Assembly: GCF_009914755.1 (NCBI RefSeq)
Contig: NC_060928.1
DNA: 64,000 nt
Source: the human T2T-CHM13v2.0 reference genome, Homo sapiens
Strand: one strand, 5' to 3'
Part shown: positions 46,891 through 59,417 of the stretch, piece by piece
Layout of the letters: every line of letters starts with the position of its first letter
Numbering within the stretch: position 1 is the stretch's first letter
Made by a program: the position numbers and the translations under genes
The notes under the pieces: generated by a model
What the model was told of the DNA's origin: nothing
Seen by the model: the letters and a program-made list of their open reading frames with translations, nothing else
Database searches by the model: none

Positions 46891-48199
46891 AATTGATACT
46901 GGGATGTGTCATGACACTAGATAAAGATTACAGAGTAAATAAATGGCACTGTTGGAGTTGGAAGCTGCGCTGTCTAATTTTAAAACCTTTGCTCTTCTTA
47001 GTAAATGATCTTACTTCTCCACCCAGCCAACTCTTATAGAACCATTGTGAGAGTTAAAGGAAATGAAAATGTGAAAGCATGCTATGAATTCTGAAACCTA
47101 CTTAAATATACTGCATCATCATTATTTTATGAATGTAATTTAGAACCTCTTTCCCACTCTCCTGCCCTAGAGTACCATACAGTCATTGAATACAAACTCA
47201 TGCTCATATGTTAGCCAAACATAAATATGTAGGTTGCTTGCTAGGAAAAAAAAGTTATTTGAGGGTTTTCTGTCATTTTATGTTATTCTTTCAGCTATAT
47301 TCTTCTAATAACATAACTAATTAGAAAATAACGTTTCAAGTTTCAAAACTTGAAATTAAAAAGAAAAATTTATTTTAAGGAAAGCATTTGGGCTTTGGAT
47401 CTGGATTTGTCAGAGAAACATTCTGAAAGTATAAGTTTAGAAAGAGCTTGAACTTGGTTCTCTGATTCCCAAGTAACAAGTAAATAGAAGTCATGAGAGT
47501 CACAAGAAATTTTTCCTGGGAACTTGGGTATAGATTGAGGTTCTGAACCTGGGACACATTATTGACTGTTTCCATGATGAAACTTAGGTCTCCTGGGGAG
47601 TCTGCAAGATTGGCTAGACCCAAAAAGAAATGGACTCTTTGATGAAGAAATGATTGAAAGACCTTTATAGAAATTATATACAACATGGTATTCAAACCAC
47701 TTTTCTCCTCTATGTTGCTTATATGTCACTTTAGAAAGTTCAAAGTATATAACACAAAGATAGTGGTAAGATAGATTTATCCTTTAGGGAAATGTCCTTG
47801 GACATGGAATTCCTTTCTTTTGCTTGTTGGGATCCACATTTTCTGACCTCTGGTTCTATAATTTTGAAGACCTAGGATTCTATTTACTAGTTTTATAGTA
47901 GTTGAAACAAAACAAACTCGCAGAGAAGAAGGTGTGACTCCAAATAATAAAACTGGTTTTAGCAAACACAGCCTCTAAATCAGTGTGGTACTTACAATTC
48001 ATTGTTTTGAGAAACTGAGGCCTTATGTCAGTGATGGCAACATTGAGAAACTGCATTCGTTCTGTACATACATGACGTAATAACCAAACTAATCCTGAAG
48101 TGTTTGGAATCTTTCCCTACAGTGGTAAAATGAAGGATTTTAGAAACTCAGCCTCAGTAACATTTCATGTATTCTTTCATTTAGAGACCCAACAGATAC

Positions 48200-48238
48200 T
48201 AGGTTGGTGCAAAAGTAATTGTGGTTTTTGCCATTAAA
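48200..48238. mobile_element. Half MADE1 (single Hsmar1 TIR)
   Basis: 'taggttggtgcaaaagtaattgtggtttttgccatta'. Confidence 0.85.
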
Positions 48239-51104
48239 GTTTATTCAGCACTTACTAAGGCATCAGACATTATTTTTGACACTGTGCTTTGAAGTGGTCT
48301 TGAGCAACTTGAGCAACTCACAGCTGCTCAAGTAAACAGATGGTACAGAGAGTCTGATGGGACAGACAAGTAAACATCAATAATCGAGGATGGAAAATAT
48401 GAGCAGAGGGCTAAGTCCAAGGTGCTCTGGAAGGGACAGATCAGCGTTCTGGAGAGCCAAAGAAGTGTAACTAGAAAAGAAATCTCTCAGGCTGAGTTTT
48501 GAAGGGCACTCAGAAATAATCCAGGGAGAAAGATTGAAAAATCAAGGGCAGCTTCAGCAAACGAAATGTAATGAGAGGAGATAGTTTACTCATCAAGCAA
48601 TAGTTCACTATGTCTGGAGCATAAGTCAGGTACTCAAATGCCTGGAGAAGAGGTGATAAATGTAGGTTAAGGGCATCACCATACGAGGGACACGTGTAGT
48701 CCAACCTTCCTTAGATTTGGATTCCTCAGACAAGAATTAGAGTCTACAAAGGGATCATTGCCAGTACTGCTTTTCTACTTGCCTGTAACCACCTTTGGGA
48801 AAGGTCTTTCACTGTCCCAGGTTTTAATGGGACATTAAATGGGAATATCATGGAAATTCAAGAAAGTGTTGCTTTCCTAACTCTTGTGCTTCTTGAAATC
48901 TATTTTTTTTCCACCTGCGTCACCCCTTAGAAAAATGAGTTTGAATAATGAGTATTCATTGTTGAGTAATGAGTGACATCTTACTGACTGATCCTTTGCT
49001 CTCCATGTTGAGAGCCACAGTTGCTAAAAGTATTCATTCTTCACCCCAGACTTCACTTTCAGATAATTCCTCTAAAGTACTAAGACTGGTTTAGATGGGA
49101 TTGGAGGTTGCTTTGCCTCTCTAGGACTTGATGCTTTTAGTGACTGGCTTTGCTATCACCCAGGAACTCTCATGCTGGACTTGAGCTCATTCACCAGACA
49201 TACTGGTGTTTACGCCTGTTCATTTATTTACACAAAGTTTTAGAAACTGTTGTTAAGTTTTGGGGCACAAAAAGCAAAAAGAATCCCCTAGTACTCAATG
49301 TGTTATTTCAGGAAATTGATCTAGACTTCCTTCCATCTGGATCCTAGTTCCTGTGGCATACCTGTTCGTCATTCCTCTTAGCATTAACCCTGGGTCTTTA
49401 TGACATTTTTATTCCTCTTCTTTCTCCATTTAGCCATTGACTGCTTTCCCTGTTTTTTTTTTTTTTTTTTTTTTTTTTTGCCAAGTTGTGAGCCCTGGTC
49501 TCACATTGTTTTATTCTTGCCCTCATGGTCTGTCTTATATTCTGCCCCTGTCTGCCAATTCTGATGCTCTAGCTTGCCACATGTGGTCTGGTCTCACCAC
49601 GTGATGTGTTAAGTAAGCACCTACCCCAGGCCTTCTATGTGGAGCGTGTCTACAAGTCTGGATTTGTGTTGCTCACCTAGACTCCTACATGTCTTGCTTC
49701 TTACTGACTTGACTCATCTCTCCCTGGACTTCTTAGCCTGGATCTGAGATCTCCGCTTCTTAGAATCTGAATACTCGAGGCTCCTTTCCTCTGGTATCAT
49801 CTGGAATTTTGAATAATGACACTGTCTTCTCTAGCTCCAGTACTGAGGGAGTGGCACTAGCCCATTAGGTTTACTTAGCCACCCCTTAACCCTGGTTCCC
49901 CTCCTCATGCACAGTATTGCTTTTACAAAACAGGAATTGGACTTGTCTGATGACATAGTGGCAGCCTTGGCTATTAGTACTAGAAGAGACTACCTTTTCC
50001 ATATTTACTTATTATTCCACTTTTCCCATTTCTATGGGATGTTAAAATTCATTAATTTGATAATGAAGCCTAAAATCTACTACTGTACAAGAAGAGTCAT
50101 TGGTGAGGATTCTTTAGACATAGTTTAGGTGGACAAAATGTTGGACTAACTACAATGTTCTATTTTAAATCAGTGGTTTGGGAAAAGGATGATATAGCCT
50201 CAATTTGCTCATTGTTCCTCCCAAATGCATAATTCCAATGCTCTGGCTGCTTAAATGAACTGTATGTGCACTGTTGCCCTGAAGTTTATCTGTGTCATAC
50301 TGACAACAAGATTAAAAAATACAATGTAGGAAATATTCCAAGTTTGCTTCTTCAAGGGCATTTTCTTACAAAAATAATAAAAATTATTGCTATGAATGTT
50401 TAATTCACACCATGCCTAATTTCAACCCTATTTTAATGTCTCCTTTTTAGGGTTGCAGGAAGAGTAGCTACCCAAAGCACATGGGTGAAGGGACAGTCCC
50501 CTGAAGACCCCTAAGGCCCAAAATACATGATGAAGTTAACAACCATGGATATTAGAGATCCATGGTTTCACATAAATGTGAAGCATTGAAATGTTTTTAT
50601 GTTCTCTGATTTCAAAAATGTGGGTTTTTAAAAAAAATTTCCTAATAGTATTTTTGTCAAGCCAGTAGTAAATATAAGACAGTCATGAAAACACAGTTGA
50701 ATAAATTTTCATTTTCTAGGGTTCAAGGTGGTAGAAGAAGGGAAGAAAACAATCTCTGTAAGATATCTTGAAAATGTTTTTCTTAAAAAAATGTTTATGG
50801 GAATGTTTTTTATTGATGTCCACATTTGTTGACAGTCTTTCAGTCACCGAATAAGTACCAATGATCCAGAAATGAAAGATACAATCTCTACCCTGTGTGA
50901 TAGTCCGTGGTAATAGTTACCAAATATTTCCAGTTACCTACCTCCAAGGCACTTCCTGGCTGCTTGTGGTTGGATGGGCCATGTGTTTAGCTTTGGTCAA
51001 CGAGTTGTCAGCTAAAGTGCATGGTGTCACTTTCAGGCCAGAGAATTTAATTATCAGTACAAAACTCTACTTCCTCTGCCAGGGTGGCTGGTTGTGCTAT
51101 GGAT

Positions 51105-51580
51105 AGGGGTTATTTCCCTGGTATGTGATTAGAATCTGTGCATATCATAGGATATCACTTCTGTAGTTGGGTTATTCATCAGTCAGCTTTGAGTTAATCA
51201 AAAGAGAGGTCATCCTGGGTGGGCCTGACCCAATAATCAAAAGAGAGGTCATCCTGGGTGGGCCTGACCCAATCAGGTGAGCCCTTTAAAAGAAGATGAA
51301 GTGTCAAAGAGACACTTTTCTGCTTTCCTAGAAAAAAGCAAACAGCCAACAACATAATGGGACATCAATTACATCGTTAGAAGAAACTGATTTCAGCCCA
51401 AAACCTAAATGGGCTTGGAAGAGAACCCTAAGCCTTAGATGAGGTTGCAGCCCTGGCTAGCACCTTGATTTCAGCCTGGCGAATCCCTGAGCAGAGGATG
51501 CAGCAAGCCCATGTCCATATGAAACTTTGAGATAGTTCATCTGTCTTAAGTTTGTTGCACAGCTATAGAACTCTAATACC
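51105..51580 (+). mobile_element. MLT1-type LTR containing a perfect 39-bp tandem duplication
   Basis: 'taatcaaaagagagg..gggtgggcctgacccaatcaggtgagccctttaaaaga' ... 'caccttgatttcagcctgg..ctaatac'. Confidence 0.75.
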
Positions 51581-51814
51581 ATCATGAGGGGCTTCTCAGG
51601 ACTGAAATATTTTGACTATTAGGGTGGGTTTTGAAAGAATGAGAATAATTCAGATAAAGAGTGATGGCACAGAGGATATATCAAGATGAAAGAGCAACAG
51701 TTGCTAAGATTTGAAAACCTGAGTGAATAGGGGGTGTCTTGGGAACTAAAAGCAATTCAGTTTATATAAGCAGGACTGACAGTAAAAACATTTAGCAACT
51801 CATAAAACCTGCAC

Positions 51815-52204
51815 TGTTGCAGTCCAGGTCCTCTGGAAGCAGATTCTGGGGCAGAATTAGCTCTCCCAAAGGTTTGTTAGGTGTTGACTTGTGGCAGGAA
51901 GAGGGAGGAAGATTGGGTAGGGGATGATGTTGCACCAAGGTCCAGACCTAACAAAGCTTTGGCCAATCAAAGGCAGTTCCAAGAAATTCCTGCCTCTAGG
52001 GGTATTTGCCACTGAGCTGAAATGGCCAGACCCTTAAGCTCCATCCTGCTCATTTATTTGGTATGATTATTCCAAGAGGAGCATGGCCCAGGTCTCTACA
52101 GCCAAACCCAATATTGGATAGTGTCTGATGACTGGATTCCTGGCAATGAAATGATAAATTCTTTATTGAAGGAGGATCTGGGCTGACTATCTCTGTCTGC
52201 CACA
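51815..52204 (-). mobile_element. LTR16-like ERVL LTR
   Basis: 'tgttgcagtccaggtcctctggaagcagattctg..' to '..tgtctgccaca'. Confidence 0.55.
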
Positions 52205-53317
52205 AACTCCAACCAACAAGAACAGGACATGCCTGGTAGGGCCAGGCATCACTAGTTAATGAGTCTTGGGAAATGCTGAAAAGTTTTAGGGAAATAAACA
52301 GTTAAGTGGTGGGAGGTTACTCTAGGAACACACGCTGTGACTATTTAGCAACCAGTGAAAAGCATTTCAGTTGGAATGGCTGAGTCAGTAGACAAGGTCT
52401 GAGGAGTGAACAAGGATCAGATAAAGAAGGGTTCATTTTGTTATCTGAAGCTTCACATTTCATATCCTATTGACAAGGATTCAGAACCACTATTGAATGC
52501 ACTTTCCACCATAAATCAAATTGTTGCTGAGCAAAGATTGTAGCCTGACCTCAGCATGGTGGACATCCTCTGAATGAACAAACTCAAACCCAAGACACTG
52601 AGGAGAGGGAACATGGTCAGCAAGAACCATTCAATCTGAAAGCAGTAAAAAAGACTTCCATATGACATAATTTTGAGCTTCTGGTTAATTTAATTGTTTG
52701 CACAAGTACTTTTTCATCTGTCACTGCATTCTCCTTTAAACTTATGCCTGCTAATCCCATGATATCACCAGACTGTGGCTGGAAGGGTGTCTCAGGTCTA
52801 CAACATCAAAGCCTCTCTGTTCCTTTCATGCCCTCATTTACAAAGCTCATCCCAAGATGGATCCATTTTTTGTGATGCGATTTGTCATTAATAGATTCAT
52901 ATTACTCATTGCTCTAGGGTCCAGTGTCTGAGAGCTACTGAAGTACCCTTAAGCTGCCCTGGTTGCTGAATCAGAACTTGCTCATCAGTCACTGTTGGTG
53001 CCATTTAGCCGGCTGCTTGCTTGCCAGGAAGTGACTGAGGCCTTCATCTCCTCTGCTCCCAGGTGGAATGGGGACCCTCCGCAGTTCTGGGAAATCTTGC
53101 ATCTTTTATGGAGTCAGATGGAAGACAAAAGAGAAGGTGACAGTGGGGAAGGTGGACAGGAGCACAGAGATGCCATTAATGGTTCTTCTGGCTCCTAGTG
53201 TGAGAAGAATAAGCTGAACGTGTTATGTAGGATCTAAGAGATCACTTGGCCCCAAATTCCCATTTTGTAGATGAGGATGAGAGATGCAAAAAGGTTCATG
53301 CTTCTTCTAGATCCTCA

Positions 53318-53498
53318 TTAGGGACTGAATTATGCCCTTCCTCAAATTCATATGTTGAAGCCTTAACCCCCAGTGTGACTGACTGCATTTTGACAGAGGG
53401 CTTATAAAGAGTTAATAAAGGTTAAGTGAGATAATAAGGGTGAGATCTTTATCTGATCAGAGTGATGTCCTTTTAAAGGAGGAAGAGACATCAGAGTG

Positions 53499-53536
<38 letters not shown>

Positions 53537-53756
53537 TTCTCTTTGTATCTCTCAGCACACAAAGAAAAGGCCATGTGAAGACACAGAGAGAAGGCAGCTG
53601 TTTGCAAGCCAGCAAGAGAGGCCTCACCAGAAACCAAACCTGATGGCACTTTGATCTTGAATTTTCAGCCTGGAGAATTATGAGAAAATACATTTCTATT
53701 GTTTAAGCCAATCAGCCTGTGGTATTTTGCTCTAGCAGGCCAAGCTGATTAGTATA
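53318..53756 (+). mobile_element. MLT1A-type LTR with an internal (CT)n
   Basis: 'ggactgaattatgcc..aaattcatatgttgaagccttaacccccagtgtga..ctattgtttaagcca..gtggtattttg'. Confidence 0.85.
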
Positions 53757-55918
53757 ATCACCCAGCACCCTTGTGACCTTTGCTCAAGTAGTTCTGCTCA
53801 CTTAGCAATCTGAGGGGTAGTGAGCTGTGGAAGATGCTGGCTGTTTACAGAATGCAAAGGAGAAAGAATGAAAAACCAAAGGGCAAGCATAGAGAGAAAA
53901 ATAAGAAAAGATAGAGAAAGAGGAGGATGTCGAACAACAGAGGGACAGAAAAGCAGAAAGAAAGTGGGAGAAATTAACCTCTAATTTAGGTCTGCAAGAA
54001 GTTTTTAAACCATCAATACATTTTCTTTATCTCCTGACTATGAAGTCTGTAAAGAGAAATACAAATAAATGTTTTTATTGAATCAGGATTTCAGAGTGGA
54101 AAAGACACTAAGGGAAAAGAAACTTAAGGCTCAAATTGGATCAAGAAGTTGGCCAGGTTCATACAATAAGTTCAGCATGCCAGCCTTATTGTGCATGATG
54201 ATGGGCTTGTCACAGGTCTAGCTCTCAGGAGATACTCTACCCTACCTGTCCTCTGCCCCACCTCATGCCATGTGTGGCCAGGCAGTGAAGAGCACAGACT
54301 TGGAAATGAGAGGCACCTAGAGCAGATCTCAGTCTTATATTTTTCCAGCTACATGTTTTCTGATAAATGCCTCCAGTCCTCTGATTTTGGACTGCTTTTG
54401 TCTCTAGATTCAGCACTCTCAGTTCTAGAGATGTGCTGGTATTTAAATGTGCAAGTTCAAATTTAATGAAAATGTAAGGAGAGTTACTGAGACTTTATTA
54501 AAAACACAAGATGAAAAGTACTTATGTTTCCATAGCAATTAGATTTGAACCTCCCCCATCTTCCTTGCAATCATATCCAAACAATGGATGTAAAATCCTA
54601 CATGGTAATGTCATTTTTCCGTGATTGGGATTTTATACACAGCTTTTTTTAAAATAAAAACCTGGAGATGGTATGCAACCAAAACCAGTGCCATTAATCA
54701 GTGACAATTAGAATTAGCTGGTCTCAGCTCTGGCCCATGGTGTGCTTAATCTTGTGATCTATGCCCAGGGATGAGGGCTTTATTTTAGAGCGATGTTCCT
54801 GTGGAAGATCCGACAAGGGGCATGAAATGCTCAGATCTAACCTTTCCTGCAAAGACCCTGGTGCAGGGTGGAGCACAGGTTTCAGAAGAATAGGGGTTGG
54901 GATGGGGGCTGATTGGAGGTTTCTCTGCAGATCGAGGTTTCTCTGATTTCATAATCAGGCATTGTCTGGAGGCTCTGCTCCTCCTACTTCTCCAGAATAG
55001 AATGGGGCTTTCCCAGAGATGTGCAGCCCTGAACACATATCCAGGACTTCCCTGCAATTCTCCTCTCATTTATACTTTGATAAATGCTGCTTCCTGCAGT
55101 TTTGCTGCTATACAGCCGTGGGTACCCTGGTCAGCGTCTCTCAGAGGTGGAGAGGCCACTCTTGTGAAGGTCATTCTAATTTAAAAAAGTGAAGAAATAT
55201 GACAACAGACTTATAGAAATCATATTTCATTTTAAATGTGTATGTTGAAACGCTTAAGCCTTTCTTTTTCAATTAAACTTTTTGCAGGTGCAAAAATACA
55301 AAGGAAGACAATAACTTACTAAATTACTAAAATAGGGTATGACAGGGAGTATAATACACAAGGTAAAACGAAATGATGAATGCTTCCTTCAGCCCCAGAC
55401 CCTCACTGTAACTTTGTGAGCCACCTGAATAACCTCCTCTTGAGTGGACAAAGGCCTTGGCAAAGTTGAATCCTAGGCTTAGACTGAGGGATGCTTCTTG
55501 CCTCCCACACCCTCCTCTTCCACTCCTCTCACCCCCATTGTGAGTGATGGGCATTGATCCTGGTGTCCGGAAGGGACTGGCTCCAACCAGCTAACTTGCT
55601 TCCAATTGAGGCTTGGCCTACAGGGCAGCAGGTAGAGTGAGAAATTAGCTTACAAGATGAGTTTATACTTTAAAAGTGTCCTATCTGCTAAATGTCAACC
55701 TAATGATGAATGAGAGTAGCCCAGTACTTACAACCTGGCTGACTCTGGGCAGGACATTTTCTCCCTTTGCTGCCCATAACAATTCTCTAATGAGTCATCT
55801 ATAAAATAGGCATAATTAATATCTTATCTGAGAGCAGGGACACAGATCAAATGACCTCTTGGAAACTTTTCCAGCTCCAAGGCGTAAAAGTCCGAGGAAA
55901 AGGTAGTGTGTTGTAGAG

Positions 55919-56103
55919 CAGTGATTTGCAACGTGTGGCCCCCGATAAGCCATATCAGCACTACCTGGGAACTTGTTGAAAAGACACATTCAGCCCTCAC
56001 TCAGAGACTTATTGAATCATAAACTCTGAGTGGGGCTAGGCAATCTCTGTTTCAACTAGCCCTCTGGGGGATTCCAATACGTGCCCAAGTTTCAGAAGCT
56101 CTG
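55919..56103. mobile_element. MER5A hAT-Charlie MITE
   Basis: 'cagtgatttgcaacgtgtggcccc..acctgggaacttgttga..tgaatcataaactctg..aagtttcagaagctctg'. Confidence 0.8.
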
Positions 56104-58785
56104 GTGTAGCTGAGCATTGAGCCAAACCATTTAGACTCTCTGAGCCTCAGTTTCTTCATCCATTGAAATTATATAACTCCACTTCTTTCAAAAGATTGTC
56201 ATGAGTTTCAAATGATATAAGAGCACCTAAGACACAGTAGGTACTCAATAAATGTCAGATAAAGTTGAAGGATAAGAAAGGTTGGAAAGGAGAATGAATA
56301 AAAAAAGAATGAGAACTCAGTCTTCATTTTTTCCTTAAATAACATCTTTAACATTATATAATTTGCAATTTGCATGCAAAACAGCCCACCCCAGGGCATC
56401 ATAGAAGCCTTGAAAAATCCAATATTATGCAGACAGCCAGAGATTCTGGCTGCTAAACCAGGCTTAAAAACTAATTTTCCCTCTTTAAGGAAGTGACATT
56501 TGCGCATTCAACACAGCAGCCATAAATTTAGGCTTTCTTACCACCCCCTGCTGTACATGAGGTTATTATTTTTATTAATAACAAAGCTATTTCATTTTGA
56601 GTATGTGGAGCTCTTTTTGAATCTCCCCTTTTGGCCACACTATAGTTATCAGCAGAGTAAATAGCTCATTAAAAGAAAAAAACAACAAAAACCTAAAACC
56701 ATTTTTAATGGTAGGAATGTGATTAGGGCATTTAATTAGACTCCAACAAGTACACTTTCTGTTAATAATTGAGGATACATTCCATGTCAATTAAAAAAGG
56801 ATTAACAGCGAAGGTTTGGAAATTTGAACTTAAACGGAGCCTGAATTTCAAAGCTGTTTTTATTTGCAGGGTATTTCAGGGGAAGTGTTCAGAGAAAACA
56901 AAAACAGTGCTGCTTCTCCTTGGGAATTTTGTAGATATAAAGAAAGCTTCTTCATCCCCACAGGTGGGGCATTGCTGATCTCCTTTGATATTGTAAGGGA
57001 CTGACCCCTGAACCTCAGGCATGGGTTCGAAAGTACTGGAAAGGAATATTTAGGTGGGACGGAGATTGGTCAAGTGGCTTCAACTGTATCCCTTCCTTTT
57101 GGTGCTAGGCCTGTAACACCTGCTTCTCCTACCTCTCCAAGACTTCAGAGCAGAGCATTGCCTTTTAAATCTCCGGTGCCAACTCTGATATCAATTTCTT
57201 CCTTTCTCATGACCTGTTGCACAGAGATTTTTTTTTTTTTTTTTTTTGGTCATTGATTTGATGTAAAAATGTGAGTGTGAATTAAGGAAGATATTGTGGT
57301 CAAAATCCCCCAAAGAACTTGAATTCTAGAGACAGTGATATTCATGCAATCAGAGGTGAAGTACCTCCCATATCCAATCGAGCAATGAAGGTCATGAGAA
57401 AGATGGTGACTCTTCAGTCTTCTACCTCAAGGACGTGAGTCTAGCTTGAAAAAGAAGACAAAGCTGAATAGCAGGAAGCTAGGTATTAGAATGTAGAAAA
57501 TAAATGAGAGAAAGTTATCAAAGAGGACCAAGATCATTTCTCCATTCAATAAAGATTAAATTTCTACTATGCAGCCAGGCACTATTCCCCATGGAGCTTA
57601 ACATGAACACATTTTTATTGACCTCTAAGTTAATGATAGTATAAATAACCTAATATAAGGGTGGAGGGTTAAGTTCTTGCCATTTACCAAAACCTTTCCA
57701 CCTTTTAGCACATTTGACCACCATGAGAAGTTAGCAAGGTAGATTTTGCTGTCCATATTTTAGAAATAATGAAATCGAGATCTCTCAAGTAACAAATGTG
57801 TAGACTTGAGAATACCAACTCAGATCTCCAGATTCCTATTCCAATGGTCATTCCACTTTACCCTTGGAGTTCCCAGGATGATTCAAGCCTTCTTTGAATA
57901 AGCTTGGAAAGTAAAAAGGGGAATTTATGCCTTCCCACTTGTAGAAAGCACTGAAGCCCTGTGTGTAAACCATATGCAGTGGTCATATACTGTTGTAAAG
58001 AAGAGTGATATATAGATGTTGAAATTCATGACTTTATTCAAAATACTTGTGGAGCACTTACTAAGTGGCAAGCACCATGCAAGATGCTTTTAAAACAGAA
58101 ATGCCATGAGTACAAGGTAGCATGAAAGGCAGACTGCAATGTCACTTAGGTAAGAATGAGATGGTACATGCAGAGCAGTACAGCCCATGTTCCTGGAGGC
58201 ACATGTCTGAAATTCAACGTATGGAGGGTGGTTTGGAAAAGACATGCACGAAACAGAAATGAAAATGGATGCCTGAGTGACCGAAGGGAAAAGAAATGTT
58301 GGTGAAAAATGTGGGATTAAAAAAGCAAACAAAGAGAAGCATGGCAATGCGTGGACTGATGTGGATGCTGAGCCACAACTTGAGGCAATTGACTGAAGGT
58401 ACCATTCAAATTGTGAGAGCCTGAAGTTCAAAAAAGCTGAGATGAATAAATAAATCCCTCTGTTCTCAAGGAGCTCATAGGCTCCCCGAAGGAAATCCAA
58501 GAATCAACAAACATCTGTAGTATGTGGAGTCTTCACCAGGCTTCGGGTATCACATTTTAAGCAAGTGCTTTCTTAGGAGCTCAGCCGGGGGTGGGGTTGC
58601 TTCTGGGCCAGGGGTGGATTTGTTTGGTGCTGGCCCTGCTGGGCCTATTAAACTGAAGTTGCAAACGCATGAAGTTGAAGTGTGAACGTGCTCCCACTCT
58701 GAGCTGCGCTATGGTTTCAAGAGGACGACTGGCAGCCCCTGCTATTCTTGGCTGCGGGGACTCTCTCCTACACGAAATCTCCCGA

Positions 58786-58800
58786 GGAACATTATGTTCT
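58786..58800. promoter_or_regulatory. Near-perfect steroid hormone response element (GRE/ARE/PRE)
   Basis: GGAACAttaTGTTCT, against consensus RGAACAnnnTGTTCY, in a locally CpG-enriched non-repeat patch. Confidence 0.45.
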
Positions 58801-59039
58801 AGCACGTTGTAAATGAAGGCAAGAGAGCATTTAATGACACTCAGGATTCAAATAACTTTGTCTTTTGTGCATACGCAGAGCATTAGAGGAGGAGAGAGAC
58901 AGGAGGGGCCCAAGGCTCCCTCCCAACCCATGCTACCTGAGAGGGGAAAAATCTAGTAATGGTGATTGTTTGGAAAAGTGATACAAATAACTCTTTTTGT
59001 CCTTTTCCACCCTGGAAATCTCTGCACCTGTGTCTAGTC

Positions 59040-59417
59040 ATCAGCCCCGAAGACTTTCTCTCCTGTTTGTCTCTATCTCTGAATTTCTTTGCCTGTGTCT
59101 ATTTCTAATTCTTTCTGTGGCTCTCTTTTGCTTCTATTTTATTTTAGCTCTGTTTTTCTGTCTCTCCTTTTCCTTTTCCTTGCCTGTGTTTCTGTGCGTG
59201 TTCCTCCTTTGTTTATGTCTCTCGAATTCTCTGTGATTCTATGTCGGTGTTTCACTCTCTGACTCTCTCCTCCGTTTCATTCTATGCCTCTCTCTGACTC
59301 CCTACGACCCTCTGTTCCTGCCTCTCTCTGATCATCTCTGTGTTTATTGCCTCATTTTCTCCCCTCCCCTCCCTCTCTTGTTCATCCTCTCCCTCCTACC
59401 TTGTTTTCTTCTCTTAG
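59040..59417 (+). repeat. CT-rich low-complexity tract ending in an AG acceptor
   Basis: Pyrimidine-rich ~380 bp ending 'ttgttttcttctcttag'. Confidence 0.8.

Noticed and set aside
58180-58250. CATG-core p53-like half sites
   Set aside because: Several mismatches and non-canonical spacing; expected by chance
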